NCBI GenBank assembly: GCA_017403145.1
Contig: JAFQOO010000010.1
Location: 96,151 to 160,150 of the forward strand
DNA from: Clostridia bacterium
GTDB taxonomy: Bacteria > Bacillota > Clostridia > Christensenellales > DTU072
Direction of reading: 5' to 3'
DNA: 64,000 bases
The stretch's first letter is position 1; the number at the start of each line of letters is the position of its first letter. The position numbers and the translations under genes were made by a program. Shown piece by piece: positions 9,734-18,205 of the stretch. Under the pieces are notes generated by a model that was not told the origin of the DNA, did not search any database, and saw only the letters and a program-made list of their open reading frames with translations.

Positions 9734-9762
9734 ATTATAGACCTTTAAATATACTAAGTCAA
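9734..9762 (-). promoter_or_regulatory. Sigma-A promoter TTGACT-17-TATAAT for the P-II-like/antiporter operon
   Basis: On the minus strand, TTGACT is at 9762-9757 and TATAAT at 9739-9734, with a 17-nt spacer. Confidence 0.55.
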
Positions 9763-9786
9763 ATGATTTACAAAAAATATTAGGGC

Positions 9787-9815
9787 TTGATATAAAAATT
9801 TTCGCGTGGTATAAT
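9787..9815 (+). promoter_or_regulatory. Sigma-A promoter TTGATA-17-TATAAT (extended TG) for the hydro-lyase/ClC operon
   Basis: TTGATA at 9787-9792, TGgTATAAT ending at 9815. The ATG at 9822 begins 7 nt after the -10. Confidence 0.55.
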
Positions 9816-9821
9816 GTGCCT

Positions 9822-10724
9822 ATGACGAATTACACCAAAGAACAAGAAAAATTTATTAGCTCCGTAGAAAGAGCTCTCGATATTTGTGCAAAGCAACTGC
9901 CGGACGACGTCGTTAATCGCCTAAAAGAAATGCGTGAAAAAGAAGATTCTCCTTCCGCTCTTGCTTTTTACGACAGCTATTTTACCAATCTAAAAAAGGC
10001 GGTTGAACTAAATCGCCCCATTTGTCAAGATACGGGTGTGGTAAATTTCTATTTGAAAATAGGCACTCGCTTCCCCCTTATAGACGACGTCGAAGAGCTT
10101 TTAACCGAAGCGGTTAGAAGAGCAACCTCAAGCGCGCCCTTGCGCCACAATGCGGTCGAAACTTTTATTGAGAAAAACACCGGAACCAACCTCGGCACCA
10201 AAGTTCCTTACTTCGAATACGAGCTTATTTCAAATAGCGATAAGCTAGAACTAACAATCTATCTTGCAGGCGGTGGCTCCTCTCTCCCCGGTAGAGCAAC
10301 GGTTATGGTTCCCTCCGCCGGATATGGAGCAATCGCCGAATTCGTTATGGATACTATGGTAAATTATGGTATAAACGCTTGTCCTCCTCTCGTTGTAGGA
10401 GTGGGCGTCGGTCCTTGTGTAGCAAGCTCTGCAAGGCTAGCTAAAAAAGCTACTTTACGCATTTTAGGTTCCCATAATCCTATAGAAAAGGTGGCTGAAA
10501 TGGAAAAACTGCTTTTTACTGCCTTAAACGATGTGGGCATTGGGCCACAAGGTCTTGGCGGTAAAGAAAGCGTTATGGCAGTACACGTTGAGAATATGGC
10601 GCGCCACCCCTCTTCCTTTGGCGTTGCAGTTGCATTCGGGTGTTGGGCGCACCGCAGAATGAACCTTTCGTTCGATGGTTCTCTTACACCTATCTGCCAC
10701 ACTCACAAGGGGGTTGAGCTATGA
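9822..10724 (+). CDS. Fe-S hydro-lyase alpha subunit (class I fumarate hydratase / L-tartrate dehydratase family)
   Basis: NRPICQDTGVVNFYLKIG and the overall Fumerase-N-like sequence. The track ORF starts at GTG 9816, but that lies immediately after the -10 box, so ATG 9822 is preferred. Confidence 0.85.
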   Translation: MTNYTKEQEKFISSVERALDICAKQLPDDVVNRLKEMREKEDSPSALAFYDSYFTNLKKAVELNRPICQDTGVVNFYLKIGTRFPLIDDVEELLTEAVRRATSSAPLRHNAVETFIEKNTGTNLGTKVPYFEYELISNSDKLELTIYLAGGGSSLPGRATVMVPSAGYGAIAEFVMDTMVNYGINACPPLVVGVGVGPCVASSARLAKKATLRILGSHNPIEKVAEMEKLLFTALNDVGIGPQGLGGKESVMAVHVENMARHPSSFGVAVAFGCWAHRRMNLSFDGSLTPICHTHKGVEL

Positions 10725-11314
10725 AAAAAATACTAACCACTCCTATAAAAGAAGAAGATATTTCTTCACTAAAAATAGGCGACGTTATATATCTTACGGG
10801 CACTCTGGTAACCGCTCGCGACAGCGGTCATAAAAGACGTGTCGTAGATGGTGTTATTCCCTCCACCTCTCTTGAGGGCGGTGCCGTTTTCCACGCCGGT
10901 CCCATCACCAAAAAGGATGGCGACAAATGGGAAATTGTAGCAATTGGACCGACGACCTCAATGCGAATGGAAAAATATGAATCCGACTTTATCAAGGAAA
11001 CTGGTGTAAAGCTTATTATTGGTAAAGGAGGAATGGGTGAAAAAACCACCTCTGCTTGCAAAGAGTATAAGGCTGTACACGCTGTTTTTCCCGGTGGCTC
11101 TGCTGTTGTCGGCGCATCCCAAGTAGAAGAAGTCGTGGAGGTAGAGTGGTTAGACCTTGGTATGCCGGAGGCTTTTTATACTCTAAAAGTAAAAGAATTT
11201 GGCCCCCTAATTATCTCCATTGATATAGATGGCCACAACCTTTTTGAAAACAATAAAATTGCTTTTATTGATAATAAAAACAAGGCGTTGATTTCGCTCA
11301 AAAACAATCTTTAA
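10721..11314 (+). CDS. Fe-S hydro-lyase beta subunit (fumarate hydratase C-terminal domain / TtdB-like)
   Basis: ATGA overlap with the alpha subunit. Motifs GTLVTARDSGHKR, GPTTSMRME and IGKGGMG. Confidence 0.85.
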   Translation: MKKILTTPIKEEDISSLKIGDVIYLTGTLVTARDSGHKRRVVDGVIPSTSLEGGAVFHAGPITKKDGDKWEIVAIGPTTSMRMEKYESDFIKETGVKLIIGKGGMGEKTTSACKEYKAVHAVFPGGSAVVGASQVEEVVEVEWLDLGMPEAFYTLKVKEFGPLIISIDIDGHNLFENNKIAFIDNKNKALISLKNNL

Positions 11315-11326
11315 TAATAAGGAAAT

Positions 11327-12619
11327 ATGAACAAGGAAAAGCTACGAGAACATTTGGCAAAGTGTTGCCCCATTATATTTTTTAGCACCCTTACGGGAGT
11401 ATTTAGTGGCATTGTCGTCATTCTTTATTCATTCGTTGCAGAGTTCCTATCACACTCCTCAAAAGAACTATACCAAAAGGTCGCGGAAAGTCCTGCCTTT
11501 ATACCACTACTATTTTTAGCCCTCGTCATACTAGCATTTGTAAGTTACGTTATAATTAGATTTCTTCCCGAAGCTAAAGGTACGGGTTTTACTGCCGACG
11601 AGGCAAAAGAAAAAGCTCTTTCTCCTATAAGTTGGTGGCGCACAATGATTGGCACGATTCTTGGCTCCTTCGTCTCCTTTTTTGGTGGTCTTTCTTTCGG
11701 AGTAGAGGGGCCCGCTACCGCAATAGGTTTTTCTCTTGGTAATGGTATATCTAAACTTTACAAAAGCAAAAAAGCAAAAGATAGCCAAGTAAACGAGACA
11801 AAAGAGCTTACCGCCGTATCGGGATTCTCCGCAGCTATCACCGCCGCCTTTAGCGCACCCATAACAGGTGTAATATTCACCCTTGAGGAATTGGATAAAA
11901 AGTTTAGCCCCTACGTTTTTCTTGCAACAAGTTGTAGCGTCATTGCCTCTTTTGCTACCTCTATAGGACTAAGAACCCTACTAGGAATGGAAGCGCGTTT
12001 GCTTTCTCTAACAATATCTCCCCTTCCTTTTAGTTACTATTGGACACTCCTTTTACTAGGTTTAGTTTGTGGCATATGCGCCATAGCCTTTAGTAAAGTA
12101 ATACGTAATATAAATGAAATATCAATATTAAAAAGAATACCTCTAGTTATAAAATTAATAGTAGCATACTTACTTACCGGTGTTGCGGGCTTGTTCTTAG
12201 TAGATGCTATCGGTAGTGGAACCTCGTTAATAAAAGATTTGGTTGCCATTGATTTTAAATGGTGGATACTTATCGTTTTACTCATAGTTAAATCTATTTT
12301 AACAATCATCGCAAAAGGTTCGGAGTCTATCGGGGGATTACTACTGCCTACTATGACCATAGGAGCTCTTATCGGTGCGCTAATGGGTAAAGTTTTTATT
12401 CAATTCGGAGTACCCGGTGAATATTACGTCGTATTCATAATAGTAGGAATCTCGGCATTTTTAGGCGCAACGTTGCATACTCCCATAACTGCAGTTGTAC
12501 TTGTAATAGAAATTACCGCCTCTGCCTCCAATAGCTTTGCTATTGCTCTTACCGTTCTAATCTCTTTTATTCTGTCCGAATTGTTTAATAACCAATCAAA
12601 ACCCGAGGAATTACTATAA
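11327..12619 (+). CDS. ClC-family voltage-gated chloride channel/antiporter
   Basis: Polytopic protein. GVEGPATAIG (GKEGP-type), GVIFTLEE and GGLLLPT (GxFxP-type) motifs. Confidence 0.85.
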   Translation: MNKEKLREHLAKCCPIIFFSTLTGVFSGIVVILYSFVAEFLSHSSKELYQKVAESPAFIPLLFLALVILAFVSYVIIRFLPEAKGTGFTADEAKEKALSPISWWRTMIGTILGSFVSFFGGLSFGVEGPATAIGFSLGNGISKLYKSKKAKDSQVNETKELTAVSGFSAAITAAFSAPITGVIFTLEELDKKFSPYVFLATSCSVIASFATSIGLRTLLGMEARLLSLTISPLPFSYYWTLLLLGLVCGICAIAFSKVIRNINEISILKRIPLVIKLIVAYLLTGVAGLFLVDAIGSGTSLIKDLVAIDFKWWILIVLLIVKSILTIIAKGSESIGGLLLPTMTIGALIGALMGKVFIQFGVPGEYYVVFIIVGISAFLGATLHTPITAVVLVIEITASASNSFAIALTVLISFILSELFNNQSKPEELL

Positions 12620-12689
12620 CATAATTTGCAAAATATAAGTTTTGAAAAATAATTTTTTGATTTTTATGCAAAAAATTTATTTTCAGCAC

Positions 12690-12718
12690 TTGAAATATAC
12701 ATTTCATAGTGATATACT
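12690..12718 (+). promoter_or_regulatory. Sigma-A promoter TTGAAA-17-TATACT upstream of the micro-ORF
   Basis: TTGAAA at 12690-12695 and TATACT at 12713-12718. Confidence 0.5.
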
Positions 12719-12746
12719 ACTAAACATTAAAACAAAAGGAAATAAT

Positions 12747-12860
12747 ATGAGTAAACTTATCGCTCACAACAAAATAGCCTCTTTTTCTAGCCTAAAGTTT
12801 AGGGTTATGGCTATTTGCGCTATTATTTCCATTATAATATCCATTATTATTATCCCCTAG
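12747..12860 (+). CDS. Candidate 37-aa Ile-rich hydrophobic micropeptide (leader peptide or small membrane peptide)
   Basis: AAAGGA SD 6 nt upstream of the ATG at 12747. Peptide is MSKLIAHNKIASFSSLKFRVMAICAIISIIISIIIIP. The longer 72-aa track ORF would start inside or upstream of the promoter. Confidence 0.4.
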   Translation: MSKLIAHNKIASFSSLKFRVMAICAIISIIISIIIIP

Positions 12861-12875
12861 GGGGGATATATTTTA
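12851..12875 (+). terminator. Hairpin spanning the micro-ORF stop codon, weak intrinsic terminator/attenuator candidate
   Basis: tatcccc-tagg-ggggata followed by tattttagg. The TAG stop lies in the loop. Confidence 0.35.
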
Positions 12876-12960
12876 GGCGCTAGTCCAGCAGTACAACGGA
12901 CAAATAAATAGTAATTTTTGAACCCACCGCAAGTGGTCTTTACTTTTGCGTTTAGAATTG

Positions 12961-12989
12961 TTGCCCACGCGGTTAAAATGATATATAAT
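12961..12989 (+). promoter_or_regulatory. Sigma-A promoter TTGCCC-17-TATAAT for the HTH-cupin-acyl-CoA synthetase gene
   Basis: TTGCCC at 12961-12966 and TATAAT at 12984-12989. Direct 9-mers GTTAAAAT(G/A) at 12972 and 12997 flank the -10. Confidence 0.5.
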
Positions 12990-13033
12990 ATGGAAAGTTA
13001 AAATAAAAGGCGCAACACCTATATAAGGAAAAT

Positions 13034-15301
13034 ATGTATAATAATTACGAAATCAAACAAATTGCAACCCGTTTAAAATATTTGCGCGAAGCTTCCGACG
13101 TTAGCGTTGAAGAAGCAGCGAAAGCAGCACAAGTTAGTATCTCCGAATATCGCGATGCCGAAGCAGGAAAAGTTGACTTCACTTTCAACTTCCTACAAAA
13201 GCTTGCTAAACATTTTGGCGTAGATATCATCCAACTAATCACCGGCGAAACTCCCCGCCTTACCGGTTTCCAAGTAACTCGTAAGGGTGAAGGTAGAAGT
13301 CTAGAAAGAGAACACGGTTTCGAGTATATTCACCGCGCTGCAATTTTTAAAGACAAGAGTGCAGAACCCTTTGTTGTAACTGCAAAATACGACCCCGAAG
13401 AAGCAAATAAACCCGTTCAAGTTTCCACCCACGACGACCAAGAGTTCGACTATATTCTAGAAGGCAAGCTTCGTGTAACCATCGATAACTATACCACCAT
13501 TTTGACCGAGGGTGATTCCATATACTATAACGCAAATCTTCCTCACGGAATGGTTGCTTACGACGGAGATTGCAAATTCCTCGCTGTAGTTATAAAGAAC
13601 TCCAAAACTCTTTCCGAAATTCACGAGCTCACTTCCGTCGACGCTAGTGAAACCAACAAAGAATATAAGGAAATCTTCCACAAGTTTATCACCCCCACCC
13701 TTGACGAAAAAGGCAGACTTGTTAAACTCGATTTCCACCCCGAAGATAATTATAACTTTGGTTACGACGTAGTCGATGCTATTGCCGAAAAATCTCCCGA
13801 TAAGACCGCAATGGTATGGCTGGATAACCAAAAGAACGAACGCATCTTCTCTTTCCGTGATATGAGCGAAGAGTCCAATCGTACTGCCAACTACTTCCGT
13901 TCACTTGGTATCGGTAAAGGCGATGCCGTTATGCTCGTTCTAAAGCGCAGATATCAATTCTGGTACTCGATGGTAGCTTTACATAAGCTAGGAGCTGTAG
14001 CAGTACCTGCAAGCAACCAACTAATGGCTCACGATTATGAATATCGCTTTAACACCGCAAAAATCAAGGCTGTCGTTATGGTTGGCGACGAATATATGCA
14101 AAACGAGTGTGAAGAGGCGCTAAAGACCTCTCCCACCGTTAAAACTTTAATACAAGTAGGCGGTTCCTTGAGAGAAGGTTGGCACGACTTTGATGCAGAA
14201 ATGCCCCTATTTAGCGAAAAACTCGATAGAGTTGATACCAAAGTAGATGATATCTGCCTAATGTACTTTACCTCCGGCACCGAAGGATATCCCAAAATTG
14301 CCGCTCACTCACAAAAGTACAACCTTGGCCACCTAGTAACTGCAAAGTATTGGCATAACGTTGATAGAAACGGACTACACTTTACCATTTCCGATACCGG
14401 CTGGGGTAAATCTGTTTGGGGCAAACTATATGGTCAATGGCTTAGCGAAGCAGCGGTATTCACCTATGACTTCGATAAGTTCAAGGCAGAAGATATTCTT
14501 CCATTGTTCGCAAAATATCATATCACCACTTTCTGCGCTCCCCCCACTATGCTCCGCTTCTTCTTGCTAGCTGACATCAACAAGTACGACCTATCCTCCT
14601 TGAAGTACGTTACTACCGCAGGCGAGGCACTAAATAGAGAGGTTTTCGACCAATTCTACAAGACCACCGGTCTAAAGATTAGAGAGGGCTTTGGTCAAAC
14701 CGAAACCACCCTTACCATTGCTAACCTTGTTAATAACGACATTCGCTTGGGCTCAATGGGTAAACCCACTCCCCAATACGACGTTGATATTGTTGATGAA
14801 AATGGTAACACCTGCAAAGATGGTGAGGTTGGTGAAATCGTTATTCGTATCGACGAGGGCGCACCTTATGGTCTATACACCGGCTACTTCCTAAACGAAG
14901 AAGCAACGAAGAAAGCTATGCACGATGGATTATATCATACCGGCGATATGGCTTGGCGCGACGAAGATGGTTTCTTCTGGTATATGAGTCGTATCGACGA
15001 CGTTATCAAATCAAGTGGCTACCGCATTGGACCATTCGAAATCGAGTCTGTTATTATGGAACTCCCCTACGTTGTCGAATGTGCAATCACCGGCGTTCCC
15101 GACCCCATTCGTGGCCAAGTTGTTAAAGCAACTATCGTACTAAAAGAAGGGGTTGAGGGCAACGAACAACTCAAAAAGGATATCCAAACCTATGTTAAGA
15201 CGCATACCGCTCCCTACAAATATCCCAGAGTTGTCGACTTTGTAAAAGAACTCCCCCGCACCACCAATGGTAAGATTAGAAGGGTTGCACTAAGAAAATA
15301 G
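13034..15301 (+). CDS. Fusion protein: XRE-type HTH + cupin + AMP-forming acyl-CoA synthetase (medium/short-chain type)
   Basis: aa 1-70: IATRLKYLREASDVSVEEAAKAAQVSISEYRDAEAGK (HTH_3). aa ~95-190: cupin (EFDYILEGKLRV...GDSIYYNANLPHGM). Then AMP-binding motifs YFTSGTEGYPK, YHTGDMAWRDEDGFFWYMSRIDDVIKSSGYRIGPFEIE and PRTTNGKIRR. Confidence 0.85.
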   Translation: MYNNYEIKQIATRLKYLREASDVSVEEAAKAAQVSISEYRDAEAGKVDFTFNFLQKLAKHFGVDIIQLITGETPRLTGFQVTRKGEGRSLEREHGFEYIHRAAIFKDKSAEPFVVTAKYDPEEANKPVQVSTHDDQEFDYILEGKLRVTIDNYTTILTEGDSIYYNANLPHGMVAYDGDCKFLAVVIKNSKTLSEIHELTSVDASETNKEYKEIFHKFITPTLDEKGRLVKLDFHPEDNYNFGYDVVDAIAEKSPDKTAMVWLDNQKNERIFSFRDMSEESNRTANYFRSLGIGKGDAVMLVLKRRYQFWYSMVALHKLGAVAVPASNQLMAHDYEYRFNTAKIKAVVMVGDEYMQNECEEALKTSPTVKTLIQVGGSLREGWHDFDAEMPLFSEKLDRVDTKVDDICLMYFTSGTEGYPKIAAHSQKYNLGHLVTAKYWHNVDRNGLHFTISDTGWGKSVWGKLYGQWLSEAAVFTYDFDKFKAEDILPLFAKYHITTFCAPPTMLRFFLLADINKYDLSSLKYVTTAGEALNREVFDQFYKTTGLKIREGFGQTETTLTIANLVNNDIRLGSMGKPTPQYDVDIVDENGNTCKDGEVGEIVIRIDEGAPYGLYTGYFLNEEATKKAMHDGLYHTGDMAWRDEDGFFWYMSRIDDVIKSSGYRIGPFEIESVIMELPYVVECAITGVPDPIRGQVVKATIVLKEGVEGNEQLKKDIQTYVKTHTAPYKYPRVVDFVKELPRTTNGKIRRVALRK

Positions 15302-15314
15302 TACTCAAAATAAT

Positions 15315-15346
15315 AAAAGGCACTCCGTATGGAGTGCCTTTTTTTG
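15315..15346. terminator. Bidirectional rho-independent terminator
   Basis: aaaaGGCACTCC-gtat-GGAGTGCCttttttt lying between convergent genes. Confidence 0.75.
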
Positions 15347-15365
15347 TCGTTACTATAGTTTTTTC

Positions 15366-16910
15366 TTAAGCCTCTACGTCGCTTGATTCAGCGGTAGCTT
15401 CTTTCTCGACTACTGCGTTTCCTTCACCGGTTAGCTTTGCCATACGTTCTGCACGCATTACTTCTAGTTCTGCTCTAATCTTTTCCTTTTTCTTGCCGGT
15501 GTAATCGAAGAATAGAATCGGTATGCAAGTCAGTAACATACCCGCAGCAGGTATCAACGTTACCATTAGGAACAAACCATCGCGAGTAGATGCGCTTTGT
15601 ACTTGCTCAACGAGTATTCCATCGATTTCCAAAGGCTCTTGATATTTAATAATGGTTAGCATTACCGAGGTTATTAGAGTTGCAACGCCGGCAGATGCTT
15701 TGGAAATCAAGGTTTGGGCTGCAAACGAAACACCCTCTATACGTTGACCTCCGTTCTTCCATTCTGCGTAGTCGGTACAATCTGCTACGAAGTTATAGGT
15801 TATGCAGTTGAATACTCCAAGAGGAATACCTATTAAAATCAAGAAGAATAGTAGTACGAAAATTGATGCTACTCCAAGTTTATCGTAACCTATAAAGTAT
15901 AGAATAACCGATGCAACTACGCCAAACAGCATACTTGCAATATAGATTTGCTTTAGGCTGAATTTCTTTCTTGCGATGGGAACAAGCACCATTGCAGGTA
16001 CCATACCGATACCTATCATAACGCTCATAACGGTAAGAAACATACCTTTGGTTATAAAGGAGCGAGCTCCGTTAGGATACAAGATATAATAGGAAACAAC
16101 ACCCGCTTCGCTAACTACCTTTTCGGTATCGTATAGATATTTACTAATATACGTGCCGGAGGTTTGTGCCATTACAACGGTTGAAGCGAGTAGCGCTGCA
16201 AGTATAAATATAAGCAAGGGCTTGTTGGTAACGAAGCCTTTGAAAATTTCCTTGATAGACTTTGGTTCGGACTTGAGGATAAGCTTTTCTTTGGTGCCGA
16301 AGAAGGAAAGAAGGCTAATTGCACTACCTACGCAACCAAACACGATACCGGCGATAAGATAACCCTTTTCAAGACCTAGTGAATCGGTAATCATAGGAAC
16401 TACCAAAGTGGGAGCGATACCACCAATGGTACTACCTATACGGGCAATAGAGATAAACTTGCTACGTTCACCGTCGTTGGGTGAGATTGCGGAAGATAAA
16501 CTCCAGAAAGGAACGTCTTGAATGGTAAAGCACATTCCCCATAGAATATAGGTAAAATAGCAGAAAACCAATTTACCTGCCTCGCTCACTATACCGAGGT
16601 ATTTGGGGGAAAGGAACAATAGGCAAGTGGAAACTGCTATAATCGCGGGAGAGAATAAAAGGTATGGACGGAACTTGCCCCACTTGGTTTGTGTCTTATC
16701 GACGACTATTCCCATTATTGGGTCGTTGAAAGCATCGAAGATACGAGCAACTAGAATTAGAATACCCGCTTGAATGGGGTCGATACCAACAGCATCGGTA
16801 AAGAAGATTAGTGCAAAGGTCGACATCAAAGTATAAATCATAGACCTACCGAATGCCGATGCAGTAAACGATGCATACTCGTGTGTTGCGACGTACTTAG
16901 TGTTCTCCAT
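15366..16910 (-). CDS. Glycoside-pentoside-hexuronide (GPH):cation symporter family MFS transporter
   Basis: ARIFDAFNDPIMGIVVDKTQTKWGKFRPYLL is the GPH signature. Protein has about 12 TM segments plus a charged C-terminal tail. Confidence 0.85.
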   Translation of the reverse strand: MENTKYVATHEYASFTASAFGRSMIYTLMSTFALIFFTDAVGIDPIQAGILILVARIFDAFNDPIMGIVVDKTQTKWGKFRPYLLFSPAIIAVSTCLLFLSPKYLGIVSEAGKLVFCYFTYILWGMCFTIQDVPFWSLSSAISPNDGERSKFISIARIGSTIGGIAPTLVVPMITDSLGLEKGYLIAGIVFGCVGSAISLLSFFGTKEKLILKSEPKSIKEIFKGFVTNKPLLIFILAALLASTVVMAQTSGTYISKYLYDTEKVVSEAGVVSYYILYPNGARSFITKGMFLTVMSVMIGIGMVPAMVLVPIARKKFSLKQIYIASMLFGVVASVILYFIGYDKLGVASIFVLLFFLILIGIPLGVFNCITYNFVADCTDYAEWKNGGQRIEGVSFAAQTLISKASAGVATLITSVMLTIIKYQEPLEIDGILVEQVQSASTRDGLFLMVTLIPAAGMLLTCIPILFFDYTGKKKEKIRAELEVMRAERMAKLTGEGNAVVEKEATAESSDVEA

Positions 16911-16935
16911 TAGTTCACCTACCTTTTTTATTTAT

Positions 16936-16959
16936 ATTGTACGCACGTATGCGTACAAT
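16936..16959. promoter_or_regulatory. Perfect 10-bp-arm palindrome overlapping the GPH transporter promoter (operator candidate)
   Basis: ATTGTACGCA-cgta-TGCGTACAAT. On the minus strand it spans TTGTAC(-35)-16-TATAAA(-10), just upstream of the SD and ATG at 16910. Confidence 0.4.
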
Positions 16960-17002
16960 ACTTATATTATGGGTATCTAAAATTGATATTTAGGCTACCT
17001 CT

Positions 17003-18001
17003 TTATTTCTTTTTGTTGCGCTTGAACGAGAAGATTTCTCTCCAGCCAAAGTTTTTATAGTTGTTATAACGAGTAATAAAATATCCTACTACCGACGATA
17101 TAACCACAGATATTGCAACCACTATCCAGAACCCGTAATCCTTGCCTTCGAAGGGAACGCCGGTGTTCATACCCCAAAACGATGCAAACAACGTAGGTAC
17201 GCTGATGATAACCGTCATTATGGTTAGCGTTTTCATAATAGAGTTTTGGTTGTTGGATATAACCGAAGCATAGGTTGACATCGTAGAGGCAAGAATATCT
17301 TGGAAGTTCTTACACATATCGATTGCTTGCCTATTTTCTACGCCTACGTCTTCTAGAATTTCTTCTTCCTCTTCGCTCTTTACCTTTTGCATTTTTGATA
17401 CTCTTTCGATTACAACCGAGTTACCGCGCAACGAGGTAGAAAAGTATACTAGCGACTTTTCTAGGTCAAGGAGTTGAATTAGCTCTTTGTTCTTGGTTGC
17501 CCTATGAAGTTCGGTTTGAATACGTTGCGAGCTTCTATCTATTTGGCGAAGATATTGTTGATATTTAACGTGGGTATAAAACAAAAGCTGATAGAGGAAA
17601 AAGAAGCGCTTCGAGGTATCCAAGCCCTTTGCTCTACCGGACATAAGAGTATGTATTACCGAGTTTTCTCTTAGGCAAATGGTAATAACGGTATTATGAG
17701 TTAGCACCACGCCAAGAGGCATAGTGGAATAAGAATAATAGTCCTCTTCTTCTTCAATCGTGGGGATATCGAACAAAATCAAGGTATCGCCGTCGTCGAC
17801 CTCAATACGAGCGCGTTCGTCTTCGTCCAGCGCAGCTTTGAGTAAGCTTTCGTCAACGCCGGTTATGCGCTCTATGAGCTCGATTTCGCGGTCGGTGGGG
17901 TTCTCCATATGAATCCACTTATCCTTTAGATTCATACCGCCACCAAATTCAGGACTTTTTTCTACAATGCGTTTTTTCTCTGTTTGGAATAGTTGTATCA
18001 C
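17003..18001 (-). CDS. corA: CorA-family divalent metal (Mg2+/Co2+) transporter
   Basis: C-terminal two TM helices with FWGMNTGVPF (GMN motif) and an acidic N-terminal domain. GTG start with AGGAGG 6 nt upstream. Confidence 0.85.
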   Translation of the reverse strand: MIQLFQTEKKRIVEKSPEFGGGMNLKDKWIHMENPTDREIELIERITGVDESLLKAALDEDERARIEVDDGDTLILFDIPTIEEEEDYYSYSTMPLGVVLTHNTVITICLRENSVIHTLMSGRAKGLDTSKRFFFLYQLLFYTHVKYQQYLRQIDRSSQRIQTELHRATKNKELIQLLDLEKSLVYFSTSLRGNSVVIERVSKMQKVKSEEEEEILEDVGVENRQAIDMCKNFQDILASTMSTYASVISNNQNSIMKTLTIMTVIISVPTLFASFWGMNTGVPFEGKDYGFWIVVAISVVISSVVGYFITRYNNYKNFGWREIFSFKRNKKK

Positions 18002-18023
18002 ATTGCACCTCCTTCATTTTTGG

Positions 18024-18056
18024 CAAAATAAAAAGGGATATAAGCCTATATCCCCT
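18024..18056 (-). terminator. Intrinsic terminator inside the corA 5' leader (attenuator expression platform)
   Basis: On the minus strand: GGGGATATA-ggct-TATATCCCT followed by TTTTTATTTTG, about 20 nt upstream of the corA SD. Confidence 0.55.
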
Positions 18057-18173
18057 TTTGCGCAAAAATGGGTTTACCACAACTTATCGTTGTGGCATAG
18101 GCTTATTTGACTATTAAGTTTCTACTATAAGGGTCGTCCATTATTTTACCTTTTTACGTTTTTTAAATGCGCT

Positions 18174-18205
18174 AAAGCGCATAACGAGTCTATGATATGC
18201 GCTTT
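18174..18205 (-). other. 10-bp perfect-stem hairpin just downstream of the 371-aa gene (possible terminator lacking a clean U-tract)
   Basis: AAAGCGCATA-12 nt-TATGCGCTTT. It also overlaps the palindrome GCGCTAAAGCGC. Confidence 0.3.

Noticed and set aside
12642-12746. N-terminal 35 codons of the 72-aa track ORF (TTG start at 12642).
   Set aside because: This stretch contains the TTGAAA-17-TATACT promoter itself, and the extension lacks an SD. Only the ATG at 12747, which has an SD, is plausible.
12915-12950. Possible terminator gaacCCACcgcaaGTGGtctttactttt after the micro-ORF.
   Set aside because: The stem is only 4 bp, which is too weak to call.
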